Below the pieces are notes generated by a model. That model had not been told where the DNA came from. It did no database searches and saw only the letters and a list, made by a program, of their open reading frames with translations. From an uncultured Clostridium sp. (GTDB lineage: Bacteria; Bacillota; Clostridia; Christensenellales; CAG-138): a DNA stretch of 41,935 nucleotides. Shown in pieces: positions 16,950 to 25,505 of this stretch. Position 1 is the first letter of the stretch. Each line of letters begins with the position of its first letter. The stretch lies in NCBI GenBank assembly GCA_964414925.1, contig CAYPXV010000002.1:1-41935 (forward strand), written 5' to 3'. A program made the position numbers and the translations under genes.

Positions 16950-17623
16950 ATAATGTAAGGCAAAGAGTTGACGATGCCGTAAAACAGGCAGGACGCAATG
17001 ATGAGGTTAAGCTCATAGCCGTTACCAAGTTTGTCGAGATCGAAAGAATCTTGCCTGCGGTTAAGGCGGGTATTTCGGAAGTTGGCGAAAACAGAGCGCA
17101 GGAGCTTACGGATAAGCTTGAATTTTTTAACTCATATTCTCTGAAAAAGCACTTTATCGGAACGCTGCAAACGAACAAAGTTAAGTATCTTGTCGGCAAT
17201 GTCGATCTGATTCAGTCGGTGGACAGGGAAGCAGTGCTTACCGAAATCAATAGACTTGCATTGAAAAAACACCTGGTTCAACCGATATTGATTGAAGTTA
17301 ATATAGGTGGCGAGAATCAGAAATCGGGCGTTGCCGTCGATGAACTTAAAAACCTTTTGAGCATCGCATCCGATATGCCGGGTGTTTTCGTTAAAGGCTT
17401 GATGTGTATTCCGCCTGCCGTTGCCGAAAAAGAGGCTCGTCTTTACTTTGCTCAAATGAGAGAGCTGTTTGAAAAAATGAAGAATTATGAATCCGACAAT
17501 ATTCGTATGCAGGAGCTGTCGATGGGAATGAGCGGTGATTATTATTCCGCTATATTGGAAGGTGCTACATATGTCAGGGTCGGAAGTGCTATATTCGGAC
17601 AAAGAAATTATAATAAAAAATAA
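16907..17623 (+). CDS. yggS: YggS/YlmE family pyridoxal-phosphate homeostasis protein
   Basis: VKLIAVTKF (PLP lysine), HFIGTLQTNKVKY and ELSMGMSGDY motifs. TTG start at 16907 preceded by gggggtga. Confidence 0.85.
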   Translation: MDTEERYSEIVERLNNVRQRVDDAVKQAGRNDEVKLIAVTKFVEIERILPAVKAGISEVGENRAQELTDKLEFFNSYSLKKHFIGTLQTNKVKYLVGNVDLIQSVDREAVLTEINRLALKKHLVQPILIEVNIGGENQKSGVAVDELKNLLSIASDMPGVFVKGLMCIPPAVAEKEARLYFAQMRELFEKMKNYESDNIRMQELSMGMSGDYYSAILEGATYVRVGSAIFGQRNYNKK

Positions 17624-17643
17624 TCATCGGAGGAATTATTATC

Positions 17644-18069
17644 ATGAGCGTGATTGACAAGGTTAAAAATTTTTTCGGCTCGGGCGAGGATATTTACGAA
17701 GAAGTGGAGTGCGTTGAAGTGGAACAGGAGCAGCCCGTAAAAATCGTCAATTCAAGAGCCAACAGACAAAACTCAAACCAGGGTAACATCGTCAATTTTA
17801 AGGGCAGATACGAAGCAAACGGTTCAAAGCTCATCGTTTACAGACCCGTGAGCTATGAGGATGTTAATAATGTCATCCAGTATCTCAAAAACGATCAGCC
17901 TATCATCGTCAATATGGAGAAACTCAATAAGGAAGTCGCTCAGCGTATCCTTGATGTTATCTACGGCGCAATCTGTGCTGTTGACGGAAAACTCTATAAG
18001 GTCAACGGAAGAATCTTCATAGCGTCCCCCGCCGGTTGCGATGTCGTCGGCAGCGGCATAGTGTATTAA
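17644..18069 (+). CDS. sepF: Cell division protein SepF
   Basis: 141 aa. The C-terminal DUF552-type core is LIVYRPVSYEDVNNVIQYLKNDQPIIVNMEKLNKEVAQRILDVIYGAICAVDGKLYKV. It follows ylmE, as in dcw-cluster synteny. Confidence 0.85.
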   Translation: MSVIDKVKNFFGSGEDIYEEVECVEVEQEQPVKIVNSRANRQNSNQGNIVNFKGRYEANGSKLIVYRPVSYEDVNNVIQYLKNDQPIIVNMEKLNKEVAQRILDVIYGAICAVDGKLYKVNGRIFIASPAGCDVVGSGIVY

Positions 18070-18075
18070 TGCCAA

Positions 18076-18357
18076 ATGACCAGAGAAGAAATAATTACAA
18101 AAAAATTTCCACATTCCCTGTTTGGCTATGACATTGCGGCTGTGGATAAGTTTCTTGATGAAATAATCAGAGAAATGGACAGACTCCATGCCGAACTTTC
18201 AGGTCTAACAAGGGAACTTTCGGGCAGTACCGCCGAATCCGTTATTGAAGAAGCAGACCGCATAGAGCTTATGGAACGAGAACAAAAATCAAAACCCGTA
18301 CAGACTCCGATAAAGGATGATACTTATTCGAATTTTGTACCCGACGATAAAATTTAA
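18076..18357 (+). CDS. Short DivIVA/GpsB-family domain protein
   Basis: The N-terminus EEIITKKFPHSLFGYDIAAVDKFLDEIIREMDRL matches the DivIVA lipid-binding domain consensus (F..S.RGYD..EVD.FLD). At 93 aa it is GpsB-sized. Confidence 0.7.
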   Translation: MTREEIITKKFPHSLFGYDIAAVDKFLDEIIREMDRLHAELSGLTRELSGSTAESVIEEADRIELMEREQKSKPVQTPIKDDTYSNFVPDDKI

Positions 18358-18364
18358 GTAAACA

Positions 18365-18405
18365 AAAGACTGAATTACATTCGCTGTTTTCAGTCTTTTT
18401 CTTTC
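18365..18405 (+). terminator. Rho-independent terminator after the DivIVA-domain gene
   Basis: aaagactgaa/ttcagtcttt perfect 10-bp stem followed by ttctttc. Confidence 0.65.
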
Positions 18406-18490
18406 ATTCATTTTAGTTTTTTTTACCATTCTCAGGGAATAATCTTAATAGGGAAGATTATCCCTCCTTAAAAATGAAATGGAGAATAAA

Positions 18491-19456
18491 ATGATTAGAA
18501 AAACTATTGCTGCGGATATCGGTTCGAAATCTATCAAGCTCGGTATTGAAAATAATTTCGAAAGGTGCATCATAACCGAAGAAAGTTGTATAGTTGTCAA
18601 TAATGATGAAGCCATAGTCGGGAACGCTGCACTGGACTATAACGAACGTATTTACCCGATTCAAAATGGGAATGTCGCAAATCCAAAGCTTGCCGCTATC
18701 CTTTTGCGAATGCTTATTCGTGAAAGACTAAATAATATTAAACCGTGGCAAATCGATCTGAATATCGCCGTGCCAGAATCGTTTTCTGACGATAAACGTG
18801 AACAAATAGTGCGCATGAGTGAAAATATGGGCTATAAACATATTGCTTTCTATAATGCCATGTTCGCTGCCGCACTCGGTGCGGGAATTGATATCTACAG
18901 CGGTTATGCCAATCTTATCGTTGATTTAGGTGCGCAGAAAAATATCGTCGCCGCTGTTGCCAATGGCGGTATCCTCTGTGAACAGGTTCATGACGGTGGC
19001 GGACATATCCTGAATAATTTGATTGTATCGTTCATTCGCAATGAGTACGGCTTGATAATCGGAAATGCTGCTGCCGAGTTTGTCAAGTCAGTGTTTGATA
19101 ACGACTCGGTAAAGGTGGTCGGAATAAACTCGTTCGACGGTTCGATTGGACAAATCGAACTACAGCGTAAACATATAAATCATTTAACCGACTTGGCGGC
19201 AAAGATAATTGCGGAGCAAATAATCGGGACGTTCGAATCCCTTCAACCCGATGCAGCCTCGGATATCTTCGATAACGGTATTACACTTGTCGGCGGCGGG
19301 GCTTTGCTTTTCGGTTTGGAAAGAAGATTGGAGCAAATGATAGGTATTCGTGTAAAAATCTCACATAACAATTTTACTGCCGCTGTCGATGGATTTTTCG
19401 AAAAAAAGAAACTGCCCGAGAACTTTCGAGTTCGAGCAGTTAAGGCTTATTTATAA
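18491..19456 (+). CDS. Divergent MreB/Mbl-family actin-like protein
   Basis: Collinear with MreB along its full length (IAADIGSKSIK; YPIQNGNVAN; AFYNAMFAAALGAGIDI; LIVDLGAQKNIVA; GITLVGGGALLFGLERRLEQMIGIRVKI). The ATG at 18491 is 6 nt after GGAG. Confidence 0.7.
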   Translation: MIRKTIAADIGSKSIKLGIENNFERCIITEESCIVVNNDEAIVGNAALDYNERIYPIQNGNVANPKLAAILLRMLIRERLNNIKPWQIDLNIAVPESFSDDKREQIVRMSENMGYKHIAFYNAMFAAALGAGIDIYSGYANLIVDLGAQKNIVAAVANGGILCEQVHDGGGHILNNLIVSFIRNEYGLIIGNAAAEFVKSVFDNDSVKVVGINSFDGSIGQIELQRKHINHLTDLAAKIIAEQIIGTFESLQPDAASDIFDNGITLVGGGALLFGLERRLEQMIGIRVKISHNNFTAAVDGFFEKKKLPENFRVRAVKAYL

Positions 19457-19968
19457 CGATGTTTTATCGTGTTGATTCCGTAGTGAACGCAGGCAACAAA
19501 TGTTGCCGCAAGGGCGATTATGTATACATATTGATATTGGCTAAACATCCCCCATAGTATGTTGCAATAGGTCATCGCTACGGATATTGCAAACAGTCCT
19601 GTGGCTATTTTTCCGAACCAGTCGGAATAAACAACAATCTTTTTAAAGAATAATATTGCCGATACCGCTATTTGCAAAAACTCCAATGTCGCTATGGCTA
19701 TTATAATCCATAAGTCCAATCTGTTGTCGATGAAAAAACATATGAGGACGGCAAGCAGCAGCATCTTGTCAGCTAACGGGTCGAGCACCTTTCCTATCTT
19801 TGTTATCCAATTATTGCGTCTGGCAAGGTATCCGTCAAGTACGTCCGAAAAAAACGCAACGGCATATGTCGCTATGCTTAGTACATACTGCCCCTGCAAG
19901 AAAAAGTAAACATAAACGCCTACAAGTATTATTCTGAACACTGTGAGAATATTAGGTATGCTTTTCAA
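19447..19968 (-). CDS. pgsA: CDP-diacylglycerol--glycerol-3-phosphate 3-phosphatidyltransferase (CDP-alcohol phosphatidyltransferase family)
   Basis: PNILTVFRI..., the DG(x)2AR(x)8G(x)3D(x)3D motif (DVLDGYLARRNNWITKIGKVLDPLADK) and multiple TM helices. TTG start 6 nt after AGGAGG. Confidence 0.8.
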   Translation of the reverse strand: MKSIPNILTVFRIILVGVYVYFFLQGQYVLSIATYAVAFFSDVLDGYLARRNNWITKIGKVLDPLADKMLLLAVLICFFIDNRLDLWIIIAIATLEFLQIAVSAILFFKKIVVYSDWFGKIATGLFAISVAMTYCNILWGMFSQYQYVYIIALAATFVACVHYGINTIKHRYK

Positions 19969-20010
19969 ATTAAACCTCCTAAATTAAATCTCAAATAATC
20001 ATATAACAAA

Positions 20011-20339
20011 TTGAGTAAGCCATAAGCCGAGTTCTGTTTATGTGACCATCTATCTTGACGCCCGGTTACCCATGCGTTCCAGCGATTACGGGGAGCGTGA
20101 CGAGCAGCCATTAATTGCTCCCATTTCAATCTTGCTCCGAGTGGGGTTTACATTGCCACCCGGGTTACCTCGGGTGCGGTGAGCTCTTACCTCGCCTTTC
20201 CATCCTTACCGACTTGTCGGCGGTTTATTTCTGTTGCACTTTCCTTGAAGTCGCCTCCACCGGATGTTATCCGGCACTCTGCTCTGAGGAGCTCGGACTT
20301 TCCTCACCCTGATAAGGTGCGGTCACTTGTCTTACTCAA
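20011..20339 (-). ncRNA. rnpB: RNase P RNA, bacterial type A
   Basis: The reverse complement reads TTGAGTAAG...GGGTGAGGAAAGTCCGAGCTCC...AGAGTGCCGGATAACATCCGG...AGTGCAACAGAAATAAACCGCCGA...GGTAAGGATGGAAAGGCGAGGTAAGAGCTCACCGC...GTAAACCCCACTCGGAGCAAG...ACAGAACTCGGCTTATGGCTTACTCAA. It is collinear with E. coli M1 RNA conserved regions. P1 forms between TTGAGTAAG (5') and CTTACTCAA (3'). Ends are good to within about 5 nt. Confidence 0.9.
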
Positions 20340-20399
20340 TTCGTTATCGATATTTTCACCGATAGGTCAGTTTTCTTTACCGACTATCGGCTTTATTCG

Positions 20400-21122
20400 T
20401 TACTTTGACGGAATCAATATCCTTCCGCAATACTCGCACAATACCATCGTATCGCCTATGTTTTGCACGTTATGTATGGTCGATGATGAAAGCGATATGT
20501 GACAGCCCCCGCAGGTTCCTCCTTCGAGCTTCGCTACGGGGTTCGAAACTGCATCCCTTAATGATATGTACTTGTTCACTAAATCTGCAGGTACGTCGGC
20601 ACGCTTTTTGCGAATGTTTGCCATTAAACGATCCGCTTCGGGTGCTGCTTGGGCTTTTTCTTCGTTATGTAACTTCAATGCAGCATCTCGTGCTTTGGTT
20701 GCCGCATTGAGATTTGCATACGTATCGTTTATGGTCGTTTGAGCATCGTTGCACCATTTAACCAATGCATTCAAATTCTGCGCTAGTCTTCTTGATTCCG
20801 AATTTAATGCTTCAATCGATTTTTTTGAATCCTTAACTTCAACCGCAAGCGTCTGTTCGTCGTTCAACATCGATTCAAGTTCCGCACTTTCAAGCTTGAG
20901 TCGCTTTTCCAGGTCAACAAGCTTTTGCGAATACTCACGTATAAGTGCAGCCTTTTTTTCAAATTGAGCAGATATTCTGTTGAGCGATTCGGTGTAGTTC
21001 TTGCATGCTCTCTTTTGCTTAAAGTATTCCTTATAGCTTGGGGTTGATTTTAATTTGTCGTTGAGTACGGCAAGCAATTGATTTGCTTCATGATACTCCC
21101 ATAATGCTTCCCACTGATTCAT
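20400..21122 (-). CDS. COG1579/DUF164-type coiled-coil protein with a C-terminal C4 zinc ribbon
   Basis: A coiled coil of about 190 aa followed by CGGCHISL...(x)...CEYCGRIL. It sits immediately downstream of the Nif3-family gene, which is a widely conserved pairing. Confidence 0.75.
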   Translation of the reverse strand: MNQWEALWEYHEANQLLAVLNDKLKSTPSYKEYFKQKRACKNYTESLNRISAQFEKKAALIREYSQKLVDLEKRLKLESAELESMLNDEQTLAVEVKDSKKSIEALNSESRRLAQNLNALVKWCNDAQTTINDTYANLNAATKARDAALKLHNEEKAQAAPEADRLMANIRKKRADVPADLVNKYISLRDAVSNPVAKLEGGTCGGCHISLSSSTIHNVQNIGDTMVLCEYCGRILIPSK

Positions 21123-21153
21123 TTTTTCCTCCTTATCTCAATTCTTTTTATAA

Positions 21154-21918
21154 TTACTTTATAGTTCTGAATATCGGACTGTCGGTTTGCGCACGGACAA
21201 ATTCCACATCGCTTGCCGTCGATTTAAGATATTCGATGAGCGGATCTATAACTACGGCTTCGGTCTCGTAATGACCTCCGACCGCAATGCTCAAGCCTAT
21301 ATGCTCCGCTTCGATGGCTTGATTATGTTTGCATTCGCCTGTAATGTAAAGCTCCGCACCGCTTTTTACGGCAAGCTCATATTCGCTTCCTCCCGAACCT
21401 CCCATTACGGCTACAGTCTGTATCATTCTGTTCTTTCCGCTAAAGTGAAACTTAGCGCGCAGAACCTTTTCGGCAAAAGAAATATAATCCTCAAGCATGA
21501 TTGGATTTTCAAGCTTACCGATTCGCATTATGCCTTCTTCGCCGACAGGCACGGAAGAAGTTATCTTCAGACACTTGCACAGTTGGTAGTTTACACCTCT
21601 TGCTGCTGCGTCAAGATTTGTATGTGCTGCGTACAATCCTATGCCGTGCCTTATAAGCGTGTATATGGGAGCGGTTACCGCTCCGTCCGGAAGTATACGC
21701 TTGATTGCATTGAATGGGAGAGGATGATGGGTCAGAACCATATCACAGGACTTATTTACCGCTTCGTCCGCTACGCTCAATGTACAATCGAGTGCAACAA
21801 GTACCCTGTTAATTTCCTTGCGCTCAGTGCCGATGAGAAGACCGACATTGTCAAATCCGAGTGCTTTATCGCTTGGTGCAAAGTTCTCCACGGTAGCAAT
21901 AAAATCATTCAACTTCAT
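21154..21918 (-). CDS. Nif3-like dinuclear metal centre protein (YqfO/GTP cyclohydrolase 1 type 2 homologue family)
   Basis: MKLNDFIATVENFAP...DNVGLLIG..., LTHHPL, AAHTNLD and GGHYETE motifs. Confidence 0.85.
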   Translation of the reverse strand: MKLNDFIATVENFAPSDKALGFDNVGLLIGTERKEINRVLVALDCTLSVADEAVNKSCDMVLTHHPLPFNAIKRILPDGAVTAPIYTLIRHGIGLYAAHTNLDAAARGVNYQLCKCLKITSSVPVGEEGIMRIGKLENPIMLEDYISFAEKVLRAKFHFSGKNRMIQTVAVMGGSGGSEYELAVKSGAELYITGECKHNQAIEAEHIGLSIAVGGHYETEAVVIDPLIEYLKSTASDVEFVRAQTDSPIFRTIK

Positions 21919-22639
21919 GTCGTTTTCCCTCCCTGTTTCTTATATGCTCTAAAATAATTTCAACGTTCTTTACTTCGTCGTAAAGTTTATTCGGCGCTCC
22001 GCTTCCGGCTTTGAGTAGCTTCGCTTTCATTATATTGAGATACCTTTCGAGCATCGGCTGCATGAGTTCGTCACCGCTTTTGTAACACTGTGCGCCGAAT
22101 TGAAAATATCCCTGCGGCCAGAAATCGGGCAGTTCATCCGCTTCGCCCGGCTCAGCCGCTAACAACTGGTAATATCTTCCTGCGTCGAATACTATACGCT
22201 CCGCAACTATTTTATAACCATGCGTGTAAAGATATTCCCTCAGCTCCGCTTCGCCGCGCATCGGCTGCGTTATAATCCGCTTGAGACTATGTGAATAATC
22301 GACTTGTGCATCGAGAATATTCGCTATCAACTCTCCGCCCATTCCGAGCAGCACGGCACAATCCGCCTGAAATTCGGTTAAACCTTCCATTCCGTTGCAG
22401 CATATTGTGATGAGCTTTTCTTCATAGCCGCATGATTGAGCTAATATTTCGGCTTTATGTAGGGACGCCGAGCTTATATCGCTTGCAATAACCTTTTCGG
22501 TAATGCCCCGTTCGATTAATGCAACGGATAATTTTCCGTGGTCACAGCCGATATCGAGAATACAATTAAAACGCTCCTTATGATTATAAGAAATAAGCTC
22601 CAACGCAGCTTTTAATCTCGGAGTCAATGTAAGGCTCAC
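21905..22639 (-). CDS. trmK: tRNA (adenine(22)-N(1))-methyltransferase
   Basis: LTPRLKAALELI...ILDIGCDHGKLSVALIERG...VIASDIS is the TrmK/YqfN signature. GTG start 6 nt after GGAGG. It overlaps the Nif3 gene by 14 nt. Confidence 0.85.
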   Translation of the reverse strand: MSLTLTPRLKAALELISYNHKERFNCILDIGCDHGKLSVALIERGITEKVIASDISSASLHKAEILAQSCGYEEKLITICCNGMEGLTEFQADCAVLLGMGGELIANILDAQVDYSHSLKRIITQPMRGEAELREYLYTHGYKIVAERIVFDAGRYYQLLAAEPGEADELPDFWPQGYFQFGAQCYKSGDELMQPMLERYLNIMKAKLLKAGSGAPNKLYDEVKNVEIILEHIRNREGKRHEVE

Positions 22640-22673
22640 TTCAGGCCTCCAATATTAAATATTGCCGATACGC

Positions 22674-22716
22674 CATGAAAAGTCCGAGGACTCGACCGAT
22701 GCGAATCCTTGGACTT
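22674..22716 (-). terminator. Terminator candidate after efp (minus strand)
   Basis: Imperfect 13-bp hairpin spanning 22680-22716 (6+4+3 bp with one wobble and one mismatch), followed on the minus strand by a short TTTT run. Confidence 0.4.
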
Positions 22717-22741
22717 GATTTTCATTGCTCTTTAATGAAGC

Positions 22742-23299
22742 TTAGCAACGCTCCATATATTCACCCGTACGGGTATCAACACGAATACGATCACCCTCGT
22801 TTACGAAAAGAGGAACGTTGATTTTGTATCCGGTCTCAAGCACTGCCGGCTTGGTTGTTCCGGTTGCGGTATCACCCTTGAAGCCGGGCTCTGTTTCGGT
22901 TACGGTCAGCTCAACAAAGTTGGGTGCCGCAACGGAGAATGCATTGCCCTTGTAGAAACGAATGGTTACATTTGAGTTCTCGACAATGTAGTTGATTGCA
23001 TCTTCAACCTGCTCATGGTTGAGCTCGAGTTGCTCATAGCTCTCGTTATCCATGAAATAGTAAAGGTCACCGTCGGTGTACAAATACTGCATTTCACGTG
23101 TTTCAATATGTGCTGTCGGATATTTGTCGGTGGGGCTGAATGTCTTTTCGAGAACAGCTCCCGTCATGACGTTCTTAAGTCTTGTACGGACAAATGCCGC
23201 ACCCTTTCCCGGCTTAACGTGCTGGAAGTCGGCAATGCTCCATACCTGTCCGTCAATTTCTACTGTGATGCCTTTTCTGAAATCACCTGCTAAAATCAT
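22742..23299 (-). CDS. efp: Translation elongation factor P
   Basis: [20 protein letters not shown]...[17 protein letters not shown].... The ATG at 23299 is 8 nt after GGAGG. The track start at 23314 lies inside the RBS. Confidence 0.95.
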   Translation of the reverse strand: MILAGDFRKGITVEIDGQVWSIADFQHVKPGKGAAFVRTRLKNVMTGAVLEKTFSPTDKYPTAHIETREMQYLYTDGDLYYFMDNESYEQLELNHEQVEDAINYIVENSNVTIRFYKGNAFSVAAPNFVELTVTETEPGFKGDTATGTTKPAVLETGYKINVPLFVNEGDRIRVDTRTGEYMERC

Positions 23300-23581
23300 G
23301 ATATTTACCTCCATAGGTTATTTTTATTATTCTCTGTATGCAGAATATCATTCCGATGCGGTCGTATTAAGACCATCCTAACATGAACATATCCTGTTAT
23401 CACTGCGTATCCTGCAAACCCACACTTCATTTTACCACAAATACCATCGAATAAACAAGATGCTTTTTTAATTTTTTATCCCTTTTAACCATCTTCATCG
23501 TAAAAAACACGGATATATTTAATCAAAAACGGAATAAAGATATATTGCACGTCGGTAATCAATCTTTTTTTCACCGAGCTA

Positions 23582-23610
23582 TTTAAAAAAAGGTTCAAGT
23601 GTAGTATAAT
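23582..23610 (+). promoter_or_regulatory. Candidate promoter for glmS
   Basis: -10 TATAAT (23605-23610) with a weak -35 TTTAAA at 17-nt spacing, about 50 nt upstream of glmS. Confidence 0.35.
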
Positions 23611-23659
23611 CAAATGGATTGTGTGTAGATATAAATGAGCAGCACAAAAGGAGGATTAT

Positions 23660-25495
23660 ATGTGCGGAATAATCGGATACGTCGGCAGTAAAGGCGCAAA
23701 GGACATATTGCTCGACTCACTTGAAAAGCTTGAGTACAGAGGCTATGACTCGGCAGGTGTTGCTTTTGCGGCAAAGAGTGGAATAGACATTTATAAAACA
23801 CGTGGAAGAATTTCCAAGCTTCGTGAAATAATGAGTGATTGCGACAGGCAAAAACTCGAAAGCTACACCGTGGGTATAGGTCATACTCGTTGGGCAACTC
23901 ATGGCGAGCCCAGCGACAGCAATTCCCATCCCCATCTTTCAAAGAGCGGTAAGGTTGCGGTCGTTCATAACGGCATTATAGAAAATTACCTGGAACTAAG
24001 GAACTTCCTTATAGAACACGGACATACCTTCGCTTCCGAAACCGACTCGGAGGTAGTGTCGGAGCTTATCGATTATTACTATAACGGCGATCCCGTTTCG
24101 GCTGTCAGAAAAGCTGAAATGCTGCTACAGGGTTCGTATGCTCTGGGTATTCTGTTCAGCGATTACCCCTGGCAACTGATTGCCCTGCGTAAGGACGGAC
24201 CGCTAATTATCGGTTTGGGCGAAGGAGAAAACTATATCGCTTCCGATATCCCCGCAATTTTAAAACATACCCGCAGCATCTTCCGTCTCGGCGAAAGAGA
24301 GCTTGCTATTTTGACTAAGGACGGCGTTACCGTCATGGATAGCTACGGCGAAAGCGTAAGCCATGAAATTGAACATGTGGATTGGGATGTCGATGCGGCG
24401 GAAAAGGGCGGCTATCCCCATTTCATGATAAAGGAAATAATGGAGCAGCCCGATGTCATTGCCAAAACCATTGCGTCCCGAATAAAAAACGGTAAGATCT
24501 CGCTTGACTTTAAGCATATAGACGATGAGGCACTCAAAAATATCAATTCCATTAAAATCGTTGCTTGCGGAAGTGCGTATCATGTCGGCGTGGTGGCTAA
24601 GTATTTTATGAAGAAAACACTCCGCATTCCCGTCGAAGCGGAGCTTGCAAGCGAATTTCGCTATGATGACCCCATAGTCGATGAGCATACCCTCATTGTT
24701 ATCATAAGTCAATCGGGCGAAACCCTCGATACCCTCTATGCTCTCAGAGAAGCTCGTGCAAGGGGCGCAAGAAGTGTTTCCATTGTAAACGTTGTCGCAA
24801 GCTCAATCGCAAACGAGAGTGAGGAAGTTCTCTATACATTGGCAGGTCCCGAAATTGCCGTTGCAACAACAAAGGCTTACAGTTCCCAGCTGATACTTAT
24901 GCACCTGCTTAATTGGAAAATCGCACAGGCAAGGGGCATGATGAGAGAGACGGATGTAATGAATTCCGTTGAAGGATTGAAAAACGTTCCTGCTCTTTTA
25001 ACCGAAATGCTGAAAGATGTTTCCCAAATTCAGTACCTTGCTTCACTGTTCTTTAATTCTCAGAACTTCTTCTTTATAGGAAGAAACGTTGATTATGCGC
25101 TTTCGCTTGAAGCATCACTGAAATTGAAGGAAATTTCTTATATTCATTCCGATGCCTATGCGGCAGGCGAATTAAAACACGGCACTATTTCTTTGATTGA
25201 AGAAGGTACGCCGATAATAGCCCTTTGTACCTACCGACCTCTGCTCGATAAAATGCTTTCTAATATTAAAGAGGTCAAAGCAAGAGGTGCTAAGGTTATC
25301 GCCCTTGTAAATCATGATGATACCGAAATAGAAAAGGTTGCCGATTATGTGATAAGAATACCCCTTTGCAGTGAAGACGCAGTACCGTCATTGACAATTG
25401 TTCCGCTGCAATTGTTGGCGTATTATATCGCTTCGCATAAGGGCTGCGATATCGATAAACCCAGAAACCTTGCCAAATCGGTCACGGTAGAGTAG
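23660..25495 (+). CDS. glmS: Glutamine--fructose-6-phosphate aminotransferase (isomerising)
   Basis: MCGIIGY N-terminal nucleophile, two SIS domains and a C-terminal ...NLAKSVTVE. Strong RBS aaggagg. Confidence 0.95.
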   Translation: MCGIIGYVGSKGAKDILLDSLEKLEYRGYDSAGVAFAAKSGIDIYKTRGRISKLREIMSDCDRQKLESYTVGIGHTRWATHGEPSDSNSHPHLSKSGKVAVVHNGIIENYLELRNFLIEHGHTFASETDSEVVSELIDYYYNGDPVSAVRKAEMLLQGSYALGILFSDYPWQLIALRKDGPLIIGLGEGENYIASDIPAILKHTRSIFRLGERELAILTKDGVTVMDSYGESVSHEIEHVDWDVDAAEKGGYPHFMIKEIMEQPDVIAKTIASRIKNGKISLDFKHIDDEALKNINSIKIVACGSAYHVGVVAKYFMKKTLRIPVEAELASEFRYDDPIVDEHTLIVIISQSGETLDTLYALREARARGARSVSIVNVVASSIANESEEVLYTLAGPEIAVATTKAYSSQLILMHLLNWKIAQARGMMRETDVMNSVEGLKNVPALLTEMLKDVSQIQYLASLFFNSQNFFFIGRNVDYALSLEASLKLKEISYIHSDAYAAGELKHGTISLIEEGTPIIALCTYRPLLDKMLSNIKEVKARGAKVIALVNHDDTEIEKVADYVIRIPLCSEDAVPSLTIVPLQLLAYYIASHKGCDIDKPRNLAKSVTVE

Positions 25496-25505
25496 GAGGA
25501 GTCAA

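Noticed and set aside
20115-20502. Plus-strand ORFs of 65 and 107 aa
   Set aside because: They overlap the RNase P RNA gene and the 3' end of the zinc-ribbon gene. The region is fully explained by rnpB on the minus strand.
23315-23659. Possible glmS ribozyme in the 345-bp efp/glmS divergent intergenic region
   Set aside because: I could not find the conserved glmS ribozyme core sequences or any extended helices. The region is AT-rich and looks like ordinary divergent promoter DNA. A cmsearch with the glmS model would settle it.
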